From: Candidatus Uhrbacteria bacterium
GTDB taxonomy: Bacteria; Patescibacteriota; Patescibacteriia; UBA9934
Length of the DNA stretch: 55,520 nucleotides
Assembly (NCBI GenBank): GCA_003453595.1
Contig: DMOG01000001.1
Span: forward strand, 1-55,520
Direction of reading: 5' to 3'
A program made the translations under genes and the position numbers. Of the stretch, positions 7,543 to 15,489 are shown piece by piece. The notes under the pieces are model-generated. The model saw only the letters and a program-made list of their open reading frames with translations. It had not been told where the DNA came from and did no database searches. Each line of letters begins with the position of its first letter. Position 1 is the first letter of the stretch.

Positions 7543-8659
7543 AAAAATCGAAACAAAAAAACCACAAGAAAAAACCGCTTCCATAGCCAAGCGGAAAATT
7601 TCAGCTTGGGAAAAACTAAATATTCGTCTATCAGCAAAAGAAAAGGTTTTGTTCATCAAGTACCTGCATGTTTTATTAAAATCAGGACTTTCGCTTAACG
7701 ATGCACTTGATGTACTTTTGAGTCAATCAACCGGACCTTTGAAAAAGATTTTAGAAAGACTTGTTAGAGAAGTTGAAAGTGGCCGAACACTGGCTAGCGG
7801 ATTATCATATTATCCTCATATTTTTTCCGATGTCTTTGTTAACCTTGTTCAAGCCGGAGAAAACTCTGGCACTTTGGAAAAAAATCTTGAGTACCTAGCC
7901 GAGCAAACACAAAAGCAATATGATTTGCGACAGAGTATAAAAGGTTCAATGATGTATCCAATTATTGTACTTGTTGGCGGACTGGGCGTGAGTATTTTTA
8001 TAATTGTCTTTATTTTTCCAAGCATTATTTCACTATTTGAAACACTCAATGTTGATCTGCCATTTGCTACTCGCATGCTTCTATTTATTGCCAATACCAT
8101 TACTGGCCGACCGTTGGAAATAGTTTTGGGAATTATTTTGGTAATAATTTTGTTTATTATTGCTGCCAAGATAAGACCAACGAGATATATTTTAGATTCC
8201 ATACTACTAAAGATGCCAGTTGTGGGCACGATAATATGTGACAGTATTCTTTCCAATGTTTTTAGACTTTTAGGAACTCTTTTACAAAGCGGAATGCCAT
8301 TAAAGCAGTCAATCTATATTACTGAATCAACTGTTAGTAGTTTGCCATTTCGAAAAATGTTTGATGATTTGGACGCCAAAGTAACCCAAGGTGGCGAGCT
8401 AGTAACGGTTTTGCGAAATTATGATGGTATTGTTCCAATAATGGCTATTCGTCTTATCCATGTTGGAACACAGACTGGGGAATTAGAAAATATGCTTTTG
8501 TATCTTGGAGATTTTTACGGAAAAGAAGTCGATGAATTGTCAAAAAGAATTTCAATCATTATAGAGCCAGTATTAATTATTGCTATGGGCGTTATGGTTG
8601 GATTTTTGGCTTTTGCTGTTATTTCTCCTATTTATCAGGTTATTACAAATGTCTCATGA
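7535..8659 (+). CDS. pilC: type IV pilus platform protein (GspF/PilC family)
   Basis: Two GspF-type repeats with three transmembrane segments. 8-nt overlap with pilB (ATGAATAA). Confidence 0.85.
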   Translation: MNKKIETKKPQEKTASIAKRKISAWEKLNIRLSAKEKVLFIKYLHVLLKSGLSLNDALDVLLSQSTGPLKKILERLVREVESGRTLASGLSYYPHIFSDVFVNLVQAGENSGTLEKNLEYLAEQTQKQYDLRQSIKGSMMYPIIVLVGGLGVSIFIIVFIFPSIISLFETLNVDLPFATRMLLFIANTITGRPLEIVLGIILVIILFIIAAKIRPTRYILDSILLKMPVVGTIICDSILSNVFRLLGTLLQSGMPLKQSIYITESTVSSLPFRKMFDDLDAKVTQGGELVTVLRNYDGIVPIMAIRLIHVGTQTGELENMLLYLGDFYGKEVDELSKRISIIIEPVLIIAMGVMVGFLAFAVISPIYQVITNVS

Positions 8660-9150
8660 AAAAAGGTTTTACTTTACTTGAGATTATAATTGTTATCGGC
8701 ATTTTTTTGCTACTGGTAAGTATTGTGTTTTCATCAGTGAGAGTTGCTAACGACAGCTTAAGAGCAAAAACACATCAAGAAATTTATACTCAACTTTTAG
8801 GTGCCTCTCGCAGGGCCCGTGATGGAGCATACAATTCCAGCTGGGGAGTTTATTTTAATTATAATGAAGTAACCAAAGAAGCTGATTCACTTATACTTTA
8901 TGCTGGCGATAATTACGCTTCTCGCGATGTAAATTATGATCTTGTTACCAAAATCGATCCTCAAATTAATTTTTCCAATATAAGTCTCGAAGATGTTGCC
9001 CTTTTTGTTGGTGATGGCAATGAAGTTACATTTGAAGCATATTCTGGAGATCCGCATCAGATTGGAAGTATCATATTAAAAACCGGAAATAAGGAAACAT
9101 TAATCACTATTGATTCAACCGGTGTGCCACTAATTAAATATGTTGAGTAA
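8656..9150 (+). CDS. minor pilin / pseudopilin
   Basis: Prepilin N-terminus KKGFTLLEIIIVIGIFLLL. Start overlaps the pilC stop (ATGA). Confidence 0.7.
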   Translation: MKKGFTLLEIIIVIGIFLLLVSIVFSSVRVANDSLRAKTHQEIYTQLLGASRRARDGAYNSSWGVYFNYNEVTKEADSLILYAGDNYASRDVNYDLVTKIDPQINFSNISLEDVALFVGDGNEVTFEAYSGDPHQIGSIILKTGNKETLITIDSTGVPLIKYVE

Positions 9151-10015
9151 TCGTTGGAAAAAGGGCAGTGTTATTTTGGAAGTGCTAATTGCAGTTGGAC
9201 TTTCTGCTTTTTTCTTTTCCGCCATTGCTGGCCTAATGATGGCCTCAAATAAAAGCATGGAATCACTTTACAATTCACAAAAAGCAATTTGGCGCGCACA
9301 GGAAGGACTTGGAGCTTTGCAGTCAATGAGTTTTACGGATCTTTCAACCACTGAAAATGGGCTTGTAACATATTTGGCTGTGAATGAAGGTTGGACTTTA
9401 GGATCAGGAATTCAGGAGTGGGATGATGGGCAATCGCGTGAGATAGTTATTTCTGAAGTAGAGCGAGATAATTCATGTCAAATTATCGAATCTGGCGGTC
9501 AAGTTGATCCTGACACTTATCAACTTGAAAGTACTGTTTTTTGGACTGGTCCCACTGGCATAATTCATAACCGAAGTTTGCAATCATTAGTTGTAAATTG
9601 GGAGGATCCTCAAGGAGATTGTTTTAGGCCAACAGATGCTGGTGGGATTCAATTAGATTGGTCTGGTGGTTACTGGGGTGGTTCAAAACAGCTTCGTGGA
9701 GTTTGGATTATAAATAATACGAGTAGAGATATTACCATTACAAAAATGACAATTTGGTGGAATCGTCCGGCTGCAAAGCTCCAACAAATATTTGCTATTG
9801 GAACAAAAGTTTGGTCAGACTCCGGACCAGGCACGCCGGGAGGATTGCAAACTTCTGGGACCGTAATCGACACTCTTGATGCAATAATTCCGGCCGGATT
9901 TATAGACGACACTCATAAAATTCAATTTACTGACGCCATGGATGAATCGACATTAATAATTTCATTCGAATTTGCTGATGGATCAATTCTAATAACTGAT
10001 CCATTTACTCCATAG
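9140..10015 (+). CDS. minor pilin-like protein (291 aa)
   Basis: N-terminus KKGSVILEVLIAVGLSAFFF has Gly at -1 and Glu at +5. Lies in the pilus operon. Confidence 0.55.
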   Translation: MLSNRWKKGSVILEVLIAVGLSAFFFSAIAGLMMASNKSMESLYNSQKAIWRAQEGLGALQSMSFTDLSTTENGLVTYLAVNEGWTLGSGIQEWDDGQSREIVISEVERDNSCQIIESGGQVDPDTYQLESTVFWTGPTGIIHNRSLQSLVVNWEDPQGDCFRPTDAGGIQLDWSGGYWGGSKQLRGVWIINNTSRDITITKMTIWWNRPAAKLQQIFAIGTKVWSDSGPGTPGGLQTSGTVIDTLDAIIPAGFIDDTHKIQFTDAMDESTLIISFEFADGSILITDPFTP

Positions 10016-10016
10016 T

Positions 10017-10568
10017 ATGAAAGCAAAAGGATTTACATTGATTGAAACAGTTTTATACATTGGCTTAATCATGATTCTTTTGCCATCTATTGTTTTAATG
10101 TTGCTAGAAGTTCAAAAAAATCAAGCACATACATACAGCCGAATGTTAATTGAACAAACAAGCGCGATACTTCTTTCAGAATTTGAAAATGAATTACTTG
10201 ACGCCTATTCAATTGTCTCGTCAAGTTCGACCTTAAATTCTGATCAGTCAATTCTTGTTTTTAAAAAAGTTGACGGTGGGTTAAACTATGAATTATCTTT
10301 TGAAACAGATGTGGTTGTAATCGGAGACATCCAACATAACATTGGTAGAATTAATTTTTTCGACGGATCTAATCATTGGCTAACTCCAGAACAAATTAAT
10401 GTGACAGTCTTTAGAATCGAGCCAGCACGAAACAGTGATGGGGAATTAACAGGATTAAATATTGAACTTGAGCTTTCACCCTTAGCTATATTATCCGATG
10501 AAGATAGGGCCAATATTCTTAATACCCAAACAACACTTTATCTTTTTCCAACCGTTTCTGAGCAATGA
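10017..10568 (+). CDS. minor pilin / pseudopilin
   Basis: Prepilin N-terminus KAKGFTLIETVLYIGLIMIL. Confidence 0.65.
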   Translation: MKAKGFTLIETVLYIGLIMILLPSIVLMLLEVQKNQAHTYSRMLIEQTSAILLSEFENELLDAYSIVSSSSTLNSDQSILVFKKVDGGLNYELSFETDVVVIGDIQHNIGRINFFDGSNHWLTPEQINVTVFRIEPARNSDGELTGLNIELELSPLAILSDEDRANILNTQTTLYLFPTVSEQ

Positions 10569-10569
10569 T

Positions 10570-10947
10570 ATGCAAAAACATAAATCACCAAAAGGAGTAG
10601 CACTACTTATTACCGTTGTTGTAATAGGAATCACTGGTTTTGCAGTGATGGCCTTTTTGGCCCGTTCAGGAATAATTTCAACACGCAATACCCAATTGCA
10701 AAATATCGGAATAATCGCCAGAAATCAGGTATTTGGATGCGTTGATGAAGTTATGGCTCAGCATTTGCGAAATCCTGATTTTAATCAGTCCACAGTGACA
10801 CTTGGCTTTACAGATTGTACAATAACAATACTTGATTCAAATCCAAATGAGAAAACACTGGAATTAGAAGTCTCAAAATCAAATGCTACGCAAATAATTC
10901 AAATTATCACTGGACTGACACCAGTTTCACTAATATCAATTGAATAA
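10570..10947 (+). CDS. PilX-like minor pilin candidate
   Basis: ATG one nt after the preceding stop. N-terminus MQKHKSPKGVALLITVVVIGITGF is a hydrophobic helix lacking Glu at +5. The longer ORF from 10498 overlaps the upstream gene. Confidence 0.5.
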   Translation: MQKHKSPKGVALLITVVVIGITGFAVMAFLARSGIISTRNTQLQNIGIIARNQVFGCVDEVMAQHLRNPDFNQSTVTLGFTDCTITILDSNPNEKTLELEVSKSNATQIIQIITGLTPVSLISIE

Positions 10948-11146
10948 TATGAGCACACTTGGCTTTACAATTCAGACCATCGGAGAAGTTATGATTGGTA
11001 TAACGATTTTATATGTCCATCACAAGATGTTACGGGAAAAAAAATTTGATAAAAGCGTCTTGACTGATATACGCATAGAACAATGGACTGGACTGATTGG
11101 TATTTTAATGATAATAATTGGATATCTAATCCAAGTAACAAATTAA
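10940..11146 (+). CDS. small two-helix membrane protein (68 aa)
   Basis: ORF overlaps the previous stop. Two hydrophobic segments. Confidence 0.4.
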   Translation: MNNMSTLGFTIQTIGEVMIGITILYVHHKMLREKKFDKSVLTDIRIEQWTGLIGILMIIIGYLIQVTN

Positions 11147-11147
11147 T

Positions 11148-11495
11148 ATGAAGAAATATATTTTGTTCCTTCTTCCTTGTCTTTTGCTAATTGGTGGTGG
11201 TTGTTCGTCGTCTAGTGACTCGACAAATAACGACTATTACGACTCCTATGATTCCTATGACTCATACGATTATTCTGACACTGAAAATATTCCTCAAGGT
11301 TCAGCGACAACTCTTGGCTGCAATCTTGATACTGAATATTGCGCATCTTTAGATGTTTATATCGAAGGTAATGAAGTGTCTTCTGTCTTTGATAACGATA
11401 ATTTTGAGTATGTTTCAGTTGACTATTCAGTATGCGACGAACTTGGTTGTGTATTTCATGATTGGTACGGTGATCAATGGTATTTTGAGTTTTAA
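11148..11495 (+). CDS. lipoprotein with Tyr/Asp/Ser repeat (115 aa)
   Basis: Signal peptide and lipobox MKKYILFLLPCLLLIGGGC, nearly the same as the ORF at 413, followed by YYDSYDSYDSYDY. Confidence 0.6.
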   Translation: MKKYILFLLPCLLLIGGGCSSSSDSTNNDYYDSYDSYDSYDYSDTENIPQGSATTLGCNLDTEYCASLDVYIEGNEVSSVFDNDNFEYVSVDYSVCDELGCVFHDWYGDQWYFEF

Positions 11496-11503
11496 GTAAG
11501 AAT

Positions 11504-11542
11504 AAAAAAATCGACCAGAGATAATCAAAGGTCGATTTTTTT
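11504..11542. terminator. bidirectional rho-independent terminator
   Basis: atcgacc (11510-11516) pairs with ggtcgat (11530-11536). Flanked by AAAAAAA and TTTTTTT, between convergent genes. Confidence 0.8.
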
Positions 11543-11547
11543 GTTTC

Positions 11548-12213
11548 CTATAAACTATAAAGTGCGATAGCCAGAGCACTGGCAACATTTAAAGATTCAA
11601 GTTTTGGATTGTGCTCGATAAAGATTGATATTCCTTCAATGTTTAAGCTTATTCCCGACCCTTCTGATCCAGCGATTAAAACGATTTCTTTATCAAATTT
11701 GGTTGCTTTAAGGCCTTTGGCATTTTGTCTTTTTTCAAGTCGATAAATCTGTCGTTTTAAACTTGAGATAAAATTAATAGCATGATTTCGATCAACTTCG
11801 ATCCAAGGAACATCAAATATTGCACCAGCTGATGAACGGATGACTTTTGGATTTGTTGGGTCAGCACTATCGACAAGAATCAAAGACGCATCAAATCCAA
11901 GACAAAGTCGAAGTATTGTACCCACATTTCCTGGATCCTGAACGCCATCAAGTACAACTATTGTTTTTTTGGAATTGATTTCATCGTGTGACCACGCTGG
12001 TATTTTGGCAACTCCGGCAATATCTTGTGGGGTTTGGGTTGTCACAAGTTTGTCAAAGTTTTTTACCTCATCAATTGAAAAAGTAAATTCAATTGTGCCT
12101 TGCGCAGCGTCAATGATTTTTTGACCTTCGAGCAAACAAAGCCCAGTTTCTTTTCTGCCTTTTTTAGTTTGTAATGATTTAACTAATTTTTCCTGCGCGT
12201 TTGTTAATTGCAT
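11548..12213 (-). CDS. SpoU/TrmH-family RNA 2'-O-methyltransferase
   Basis: SPOUT motifs PGNVGTILR, LIAGSEGSGIS and LNVASALAIALY. Confidence 0.8.
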   Translation of the reverse strand: MQLTNAQEKLVKSLQTKKGRKETGLCLLEGQKIIDAAQGTIEFTFSIDEVKNFDKLVTTQTPQDIAGVAKIPAWSHDEINSKKTIVVLDGVQDPGNVGTILRLCLGFDASLILVDSADPTNPKVIRSSAGAIFDVPWIEVDRNHAINFISSLKRQIYRLEKRQNAKGLKATKFDKEIVLIAGSEGSGISLNIEGISIFIEHNPKLESLNVASALAIALYSL

Positions 12214-12221
12214 ATGTGTTG

Positions 12222-12250
12222 ATAATACGACCGACTAATTCCTGCGTCAA
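12222..12250 (-). promoter_or_regulatory. sigma70-type promoter, -10 element 8 nt from ATG 12213
   Basis: The minus strand reads TTGACG, a 17-nt spacer, TATTAT, then caacacat and the ATG. Confidence 0.65.
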
Positions 12251-12292
12251 TTAATTGAATCAAAAACCCCCACGATTTTCGCAGGGGATTTT

Positions 12293-12421
12293 TTAAGCTT
12301 GTGCTTCTTTTTTAGCGCAACGAATTGCTTTCTTTTTTCGGCAAACTCGAGCTGCTATCACTCGGCGTACAGCTTCAAGAGCTCGCGCCTTTTTTCTTTT
12401 CATTTTTGTTCTATGTGGCAT
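12293..12421 (-). CDS. candidate 42-aa highly basic protein (below the ORF-track cutoff)
   Basis: My translation is MPHRTKMKRKKARALEAVRRVIAARVCRKKKAIRCAKKEAQA*. It has its own promoter (12442-12470) and a downstream hairpin with a T-run (12262-12292). Confidence 0.35.
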   Translation of the reverse strand: MPHRTKMKRKKARALEAVRRVIAARVCRKKKAIRCAKKEAQA

Positions 12422-12441
12422 ATCATCAATGTTCGTGGCCA

Positions 12442-12470
12442 AGCATACCTAAGTTAATTGATTTTGTCAA
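12442..12470 (-). promoter_or_regulatory. sigma70-type promoter for the small basic ORF
   Basis: The minus strand reads TTGACA (plus 12465-12470), a 17-nt spacer, then TATGCT (plus 12442-12447). Confidence 0.45.
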
Positions 12471-12484
12471 ACAATAATTTTAGC

Positions 12485-12513
12485 TGGACAAAAAGCTTAA
12501 AAATCGATAAAAC
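12485..12513 (+). promoter_or_regulatory. sigma70-type promoter, -10 element 8 nt from ATG 12522
   Basis: TGGACA (12485-12490), a 17-nt spacer, TAAAAC (12508-12513), then ctaagaat and the ATG. Confidence 0.45.
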
Positions 12514-12521
12514 CTAAGAAT

Positions 12522-13994
12522 ATGAATATCACATCACAAAAAGGGGATATTTTAAAAACCGAAGCCGAAGTCCGAGTTGTTGGCATTTATGAAGGTGAGG
12601 ACTGGGAAAATAGCTTTATTCAACGCCTTGGCGAGGAAACTGGGGGAAAACTCCAGATTAATGCTAAGAAAAAGGACTTTACAGGTAATGCTGGCCAAAT
12701 CCTTTCATTTCCCGACCTTTTGATTGTTGGTCTTGGTAAATCAGAGACTTTATCCACAGCTTTGCGCGAGATCACAGGATCAGTTTATAGCCAATTACAA
12801 AGCCTGCCTGTTACTCATGTTGCTTTTGAACTTTTTGGAGAAGACGATGAGTCTTTTGATCCAAATCAGACTGCGCAACTTATGACCGAAGCTTTGCTCT
12901 TGGCTTCGTATCAATTTGATACATACAAAAAACCAAAACAGAAAAATATCTTGGAAGAAATTATATTAATTGCTGAGGACGGAAAAGATGCAATTAAGGC
13001 AGAGAAGGGAATCAAAAAAGCAAAGCAAATAATTGACGGCGTAACTGTGGCACGAGATTTAGTCAACACCCCGGCTCAAGATATGAATCCAATTAGACTT
13101 GCTCAAACTGCTGAGCGCATTGCCAAGCTTGGGTCTCACATTCGTGTTCGAGTTTATAACCGAGAGCAGATTGAGAAAAAGAACATGAATGCATTTTTGG
13201 CAGTTGCTCAAGGATCTGATGTTGAGCCAAGACTTATTCACCTAACATACAAACCTGAAAAAGCAAAAAAGAGTATTGCGATTGTTGGCAAGGGAATTAC
13301 TTTTGATTCCGGTGGACTTTCACTTAAGCCAGCTGACTCAATGCAAAGTATGAAATGCGACATGGCTGGCGCTGCGTCTGTTCTTGGTCTTTTCGTTGTT
13401 TTAGCCAAACTTGAACCAAACATTGAGGTCCACGGAATTATTGCTGCGACTGAGAATATGCCCTCAGGAAAAGCAATGCGACCCGGAGATGTTGTGCGAG
13501 CGGCAAACAAAAAAACTATTGAAATCCTAAATACTGACGCTGAGGGTCGTCTAACCTTGGCCGACGCCCTTGTTTATGCGCAAAAACAAAAGGTTGACAC
13601 AGTCATTGATTTAGCAACTCTAACTGGTGCTTGTGTTGTGACACTGGGTGAAGAAATTGCTGGAGTTATGAGCAATAACTCAGATCTTGCTCATAAATTG
13701 ATCGAATCAGCCACAGTGGTCGGGGAAGAATTATGGGAACTTCCACTTTTCGGTCGATATGCAAAACTTGTTGAGTCAGATATTGCTGATTTAAGAAATA
13801 TTGCTACTTCAAGATATGGTGGTACTTTGACTGCTGGTCTATTTCTCAAAGAATTTATCGAAGAAGGTCAAAAATGGGCGCACATTGATATTGCCGGTCC
13901 AGCCTATGCCGAACGACCACTGTCGTCATACATTGGTAAAGGCGGAACAGGTTACGGTGTCCGCACGCTGGTAAAATGGATTGAAAGCTTGTAA
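12522..13994 (+). CDS. pepA: leucyl aminopeptidase (M17 family)
   Basis: M17 signature NTDAEGRL, plus VGKGITFDSGG and the metal-ligand context. Confidence 0.9.
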   Translation: MNITSQKGDILKTEAEVRVVGIYEGEDWENSFIQRLGEETGGKLQINAKKKDFTGNAGQILSFPDLLIVGLGKSETLSTALREITGSVYSQLQSLPVTHVAFELFGEDDESFDPNQTAQLMTEALLLASYQFDTYKKPKQKNILEEIILIAEDGKDAIKAEKGIKKAKQIIDGVTVARDLVNTPAQDMNPIRLAQTAERIAKLGSHIRVRVYNREQIEKKNMNAFLAVAQGSDVEPRLIHLTYKPEKAKKSIAIVGKGITFDSGGLSLKPADSMQSMKCDMAGAASVLGLFVVLAKLEPNIEVHGIIAATENMPSGKAMRPGDVVRAANKKTIEILNTDAEGRLTLADALVYAQKQKVDTVIDLATLTGACVVTLGEEIAGVMSNNSDLAHKLIESATVVGEELWELPLFGRYAKLVESDIADLRNIATSRYGGTLTAGLFLKEFIEEGQKWAHIDIAGPAYAERPLSSYIGKGGTGYGVRTLVKWIESL

Positions 13995-14022
13995 AATATA
14001 GGTATTAAAATAATGATAATCT

Positions 14023-14553
14023 ATGAAGGAAAATTCACATAGACCAGAGTCACAGCTCGTTATCGATGCAAAGAAACGCAGAGCGCTATCAAAAGAAGAG
14101 GTAGCAGAAAACGACGAATTTTTAGATAAGCTGAAAAAATTTGCTGAATCAAAGATTGATTCACGCAGTGTTGAGTTCATAAACGAACAATATGAAAAAT
14201 TCAGCACCCTTCTACAGCACGGTAGATTACTAATAAAAAGAGGTGATTCTATCGACAGCCAATTATCAAAGGCTATATTTGAAGGTGTGAGCGCAATCGC
14301 CCGAGAAATTAATGTAGAATTACAAACTCTCCGCAACCAAATTATCGATGATGCCATTGCTGAATATCCAGATAGGATAGATGAAAATAGACAAGTACTT
14401 GAATATGAGTACCTATACAGAAAAAATCGATCAGAAGGGCTACCTGAACCTTATAGAGATCTAAACGATATAGTAAATCAGGTGTTGAAAGAAAAACTTC
14501 CATTCGCAGATACAATAAGCGATGATGAAACTATAATTGGAATTAAGCGTTAA
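14023..14553 (+). CDS. hypothetical charged helical protein (176 aa)
   Basis: Clean ORF followed by a strong terminator. No motif recognised. Confidence 0.6.
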   Translation: MKENSHRPESQLVIDAKKRRALSKEEVAENDEFLDKLKKFAESKIDSRSVEFINEQYEKFSTLLQHGRLLIKRGDSIDSQLSKAIFEGVSAIAREINVELQTLRNQIIDDAIAEYPDRIDENRQVLEYEYLYRKNRSEGLPEPYRDLNDIVNQVLKEKLPFADTISDDETIIGIKR

Positions 14554-14573
14554 TGCCTGGATATAGTTATGTG

Positions 14574-14600
14574 AAAAAAACCACCATTCGGTGGTTTTTC
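14574..14600 (+). terminator. rho-independent terminator
   Basis: accacc (14580-14585), loop attc, ggtggt (14590-14595), then TTTTT. Confidence 0.85.
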
Positions 14601-14619
14601 TTGTGTTTAATGGCGGGCG

Positions 14620-14628
14620 TGCTATAAA
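14620..14628 (+). promoter_or_regulatory. extended -10 promoter (TGcTATAAA)
   Basis: TG at 14620-14621 and TATAAA at 14623-14628, about 40 nt upstream of ATG 14669. Confidence 0.45.
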
Positions 14629-14668
14629 TAAAGGGAACCAATGGTCTGTTTCCAGACAAGGAGTCACT

Positions 14669-14890
14669 ATGCCACCAGCGCTCCCGAGGATCATTTCTGT
14701 CCGCTTCTACAGCGAAGATCGGCCAGATGTCGAGATCAGCGACCCAAGGTCTATCTCAATCATCATGAGTAAGGATCATGCTCAGGGCGATGAAATCACC
14801 CTCAAAACTAATGATGGCGAGACCAGAATCTATATTATAAGTGTAAGGATCGATGGCGACAGGCTCATCATCAACTGCAGTGTGTGCTGA
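14669..14890 (+). CDS. small hypothetical protein (73 aa) in a GC-richer islet
   Basis: ATG preceded by AAGGAG (14658-14663) at 5-nt spacing, one of the very few SD motifs in the window. A hairpin terminator follows. Confidence 0.5.
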   Translation: MPPALPRIISVRFYSEDRPDVEISDPRSISIIMSKDHAQGDEITLKTNDGETRIYIISVRIDGDRLIINCSVC

Positions 14891-14943
14891 TGATGCGACT
14901 GACACCTTCAAAATGCCATCATCCAACTCCGACTCCCCGTCTA

Positions 14944-14969
14944 CCGCTCCATGTAATGGAGCGGTTTGT
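14944..14969 (+). terminator. hairpin terminator
   Basis: ccgctccat (14944-14952) pairs with atggagcgg (14956-14964), followed by TTTGTG. Confidence 0.6.
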
Positions 14970-14974
14970 GCATC

Positions 14975-14998
14975 AAAAAGTGCGCGATCGCACAAAAA
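14975..14998 (-). terminator. hairpin terminator for the 15025-15375 gene
   Basis: gtgcg (14980-14984) pairs with cgcac (14989-14993). The plus-strand A-run at 14975-14979 gives a T-run on the minus strand. Confidence 0.5.
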
Positions 14999-15024
14999 GT
15001 GATTTTTTATTCTTCCCACTTTTC

Positions 15025-15375
15025 TTAAAGCTCCTCCTCGGTTGTATTAAAGGCTTCATGCTCGTCCAAGCCTCTTGATCGTTCGTCTGTGTCTAATTCT
15101 TTAAAAACTTCTTGCAAAGCCTCTGACTCGCGTATAGCTTTTAATTCTTTACGCACATCTTTTTCAATTAGTGTTCGTACGCGCCTAAAAGTATCTCGAT
15201 CTGGCAATCTTAATGATTGCGTCGCTTGATAAACAGCCTGATGTATATTGAAGTTTTCTTTAAAAATCTTTGCTAAAGCAAATTCTACGCCAGCTTTAAT
15301 ATATTCTTTGTATATTTCACGATCTTTCTGCTCCTGCACCTCAGCACCTTCGCCTTTTCGTTTAAATTCAGGCAT
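15025..15375 (-). CDS. hypothetical charged helical protein (116 aa)
   Basis: Clean ATG ORF. CATAAT lies 9 nt upstream of the ATG on the minus strand. Confidence 0.6.
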   Translation of the reverse strand: MPEFKRKGEGAEVQEQKDREIYKEYIKAGVEFALAKIFKENFNIHQAVYQATQSLRLPDRDTFRRVRTLIEKDVRKELKAIRESEALQEVFKELDTDERSRGLDEHEAFNTTEEEL

Positions 15376-15384
15376 ATATTAATA

Positions 15385-15390
15385 ATTATG
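15385..15390 (-). promoter_or_regulatory. -10 hexamer CATAAT, 9 nt from ATG 15375
   Basis: The minus strand reads gCATAATtattaatatATG. Confidence 0.4.
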
Positions 15391-15489
15391 CTTTTTCAAT
15401 AGTACTTAGTTAATGACTATAGTATACTTATTTGCGTAATATCTTGCCAATTCCTTAAAATCTGGTAAAAATATAAGAAACATAAAACT

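Noticed and set aside
14756-15019. Minus-strand 87-aa ORF in the GC-rich islet
   Set aside because: It would read through two terminator hairpins (14944-14964 and 14980-14993) and has no start context. The plus-strand ORF has an SD and a promoter.
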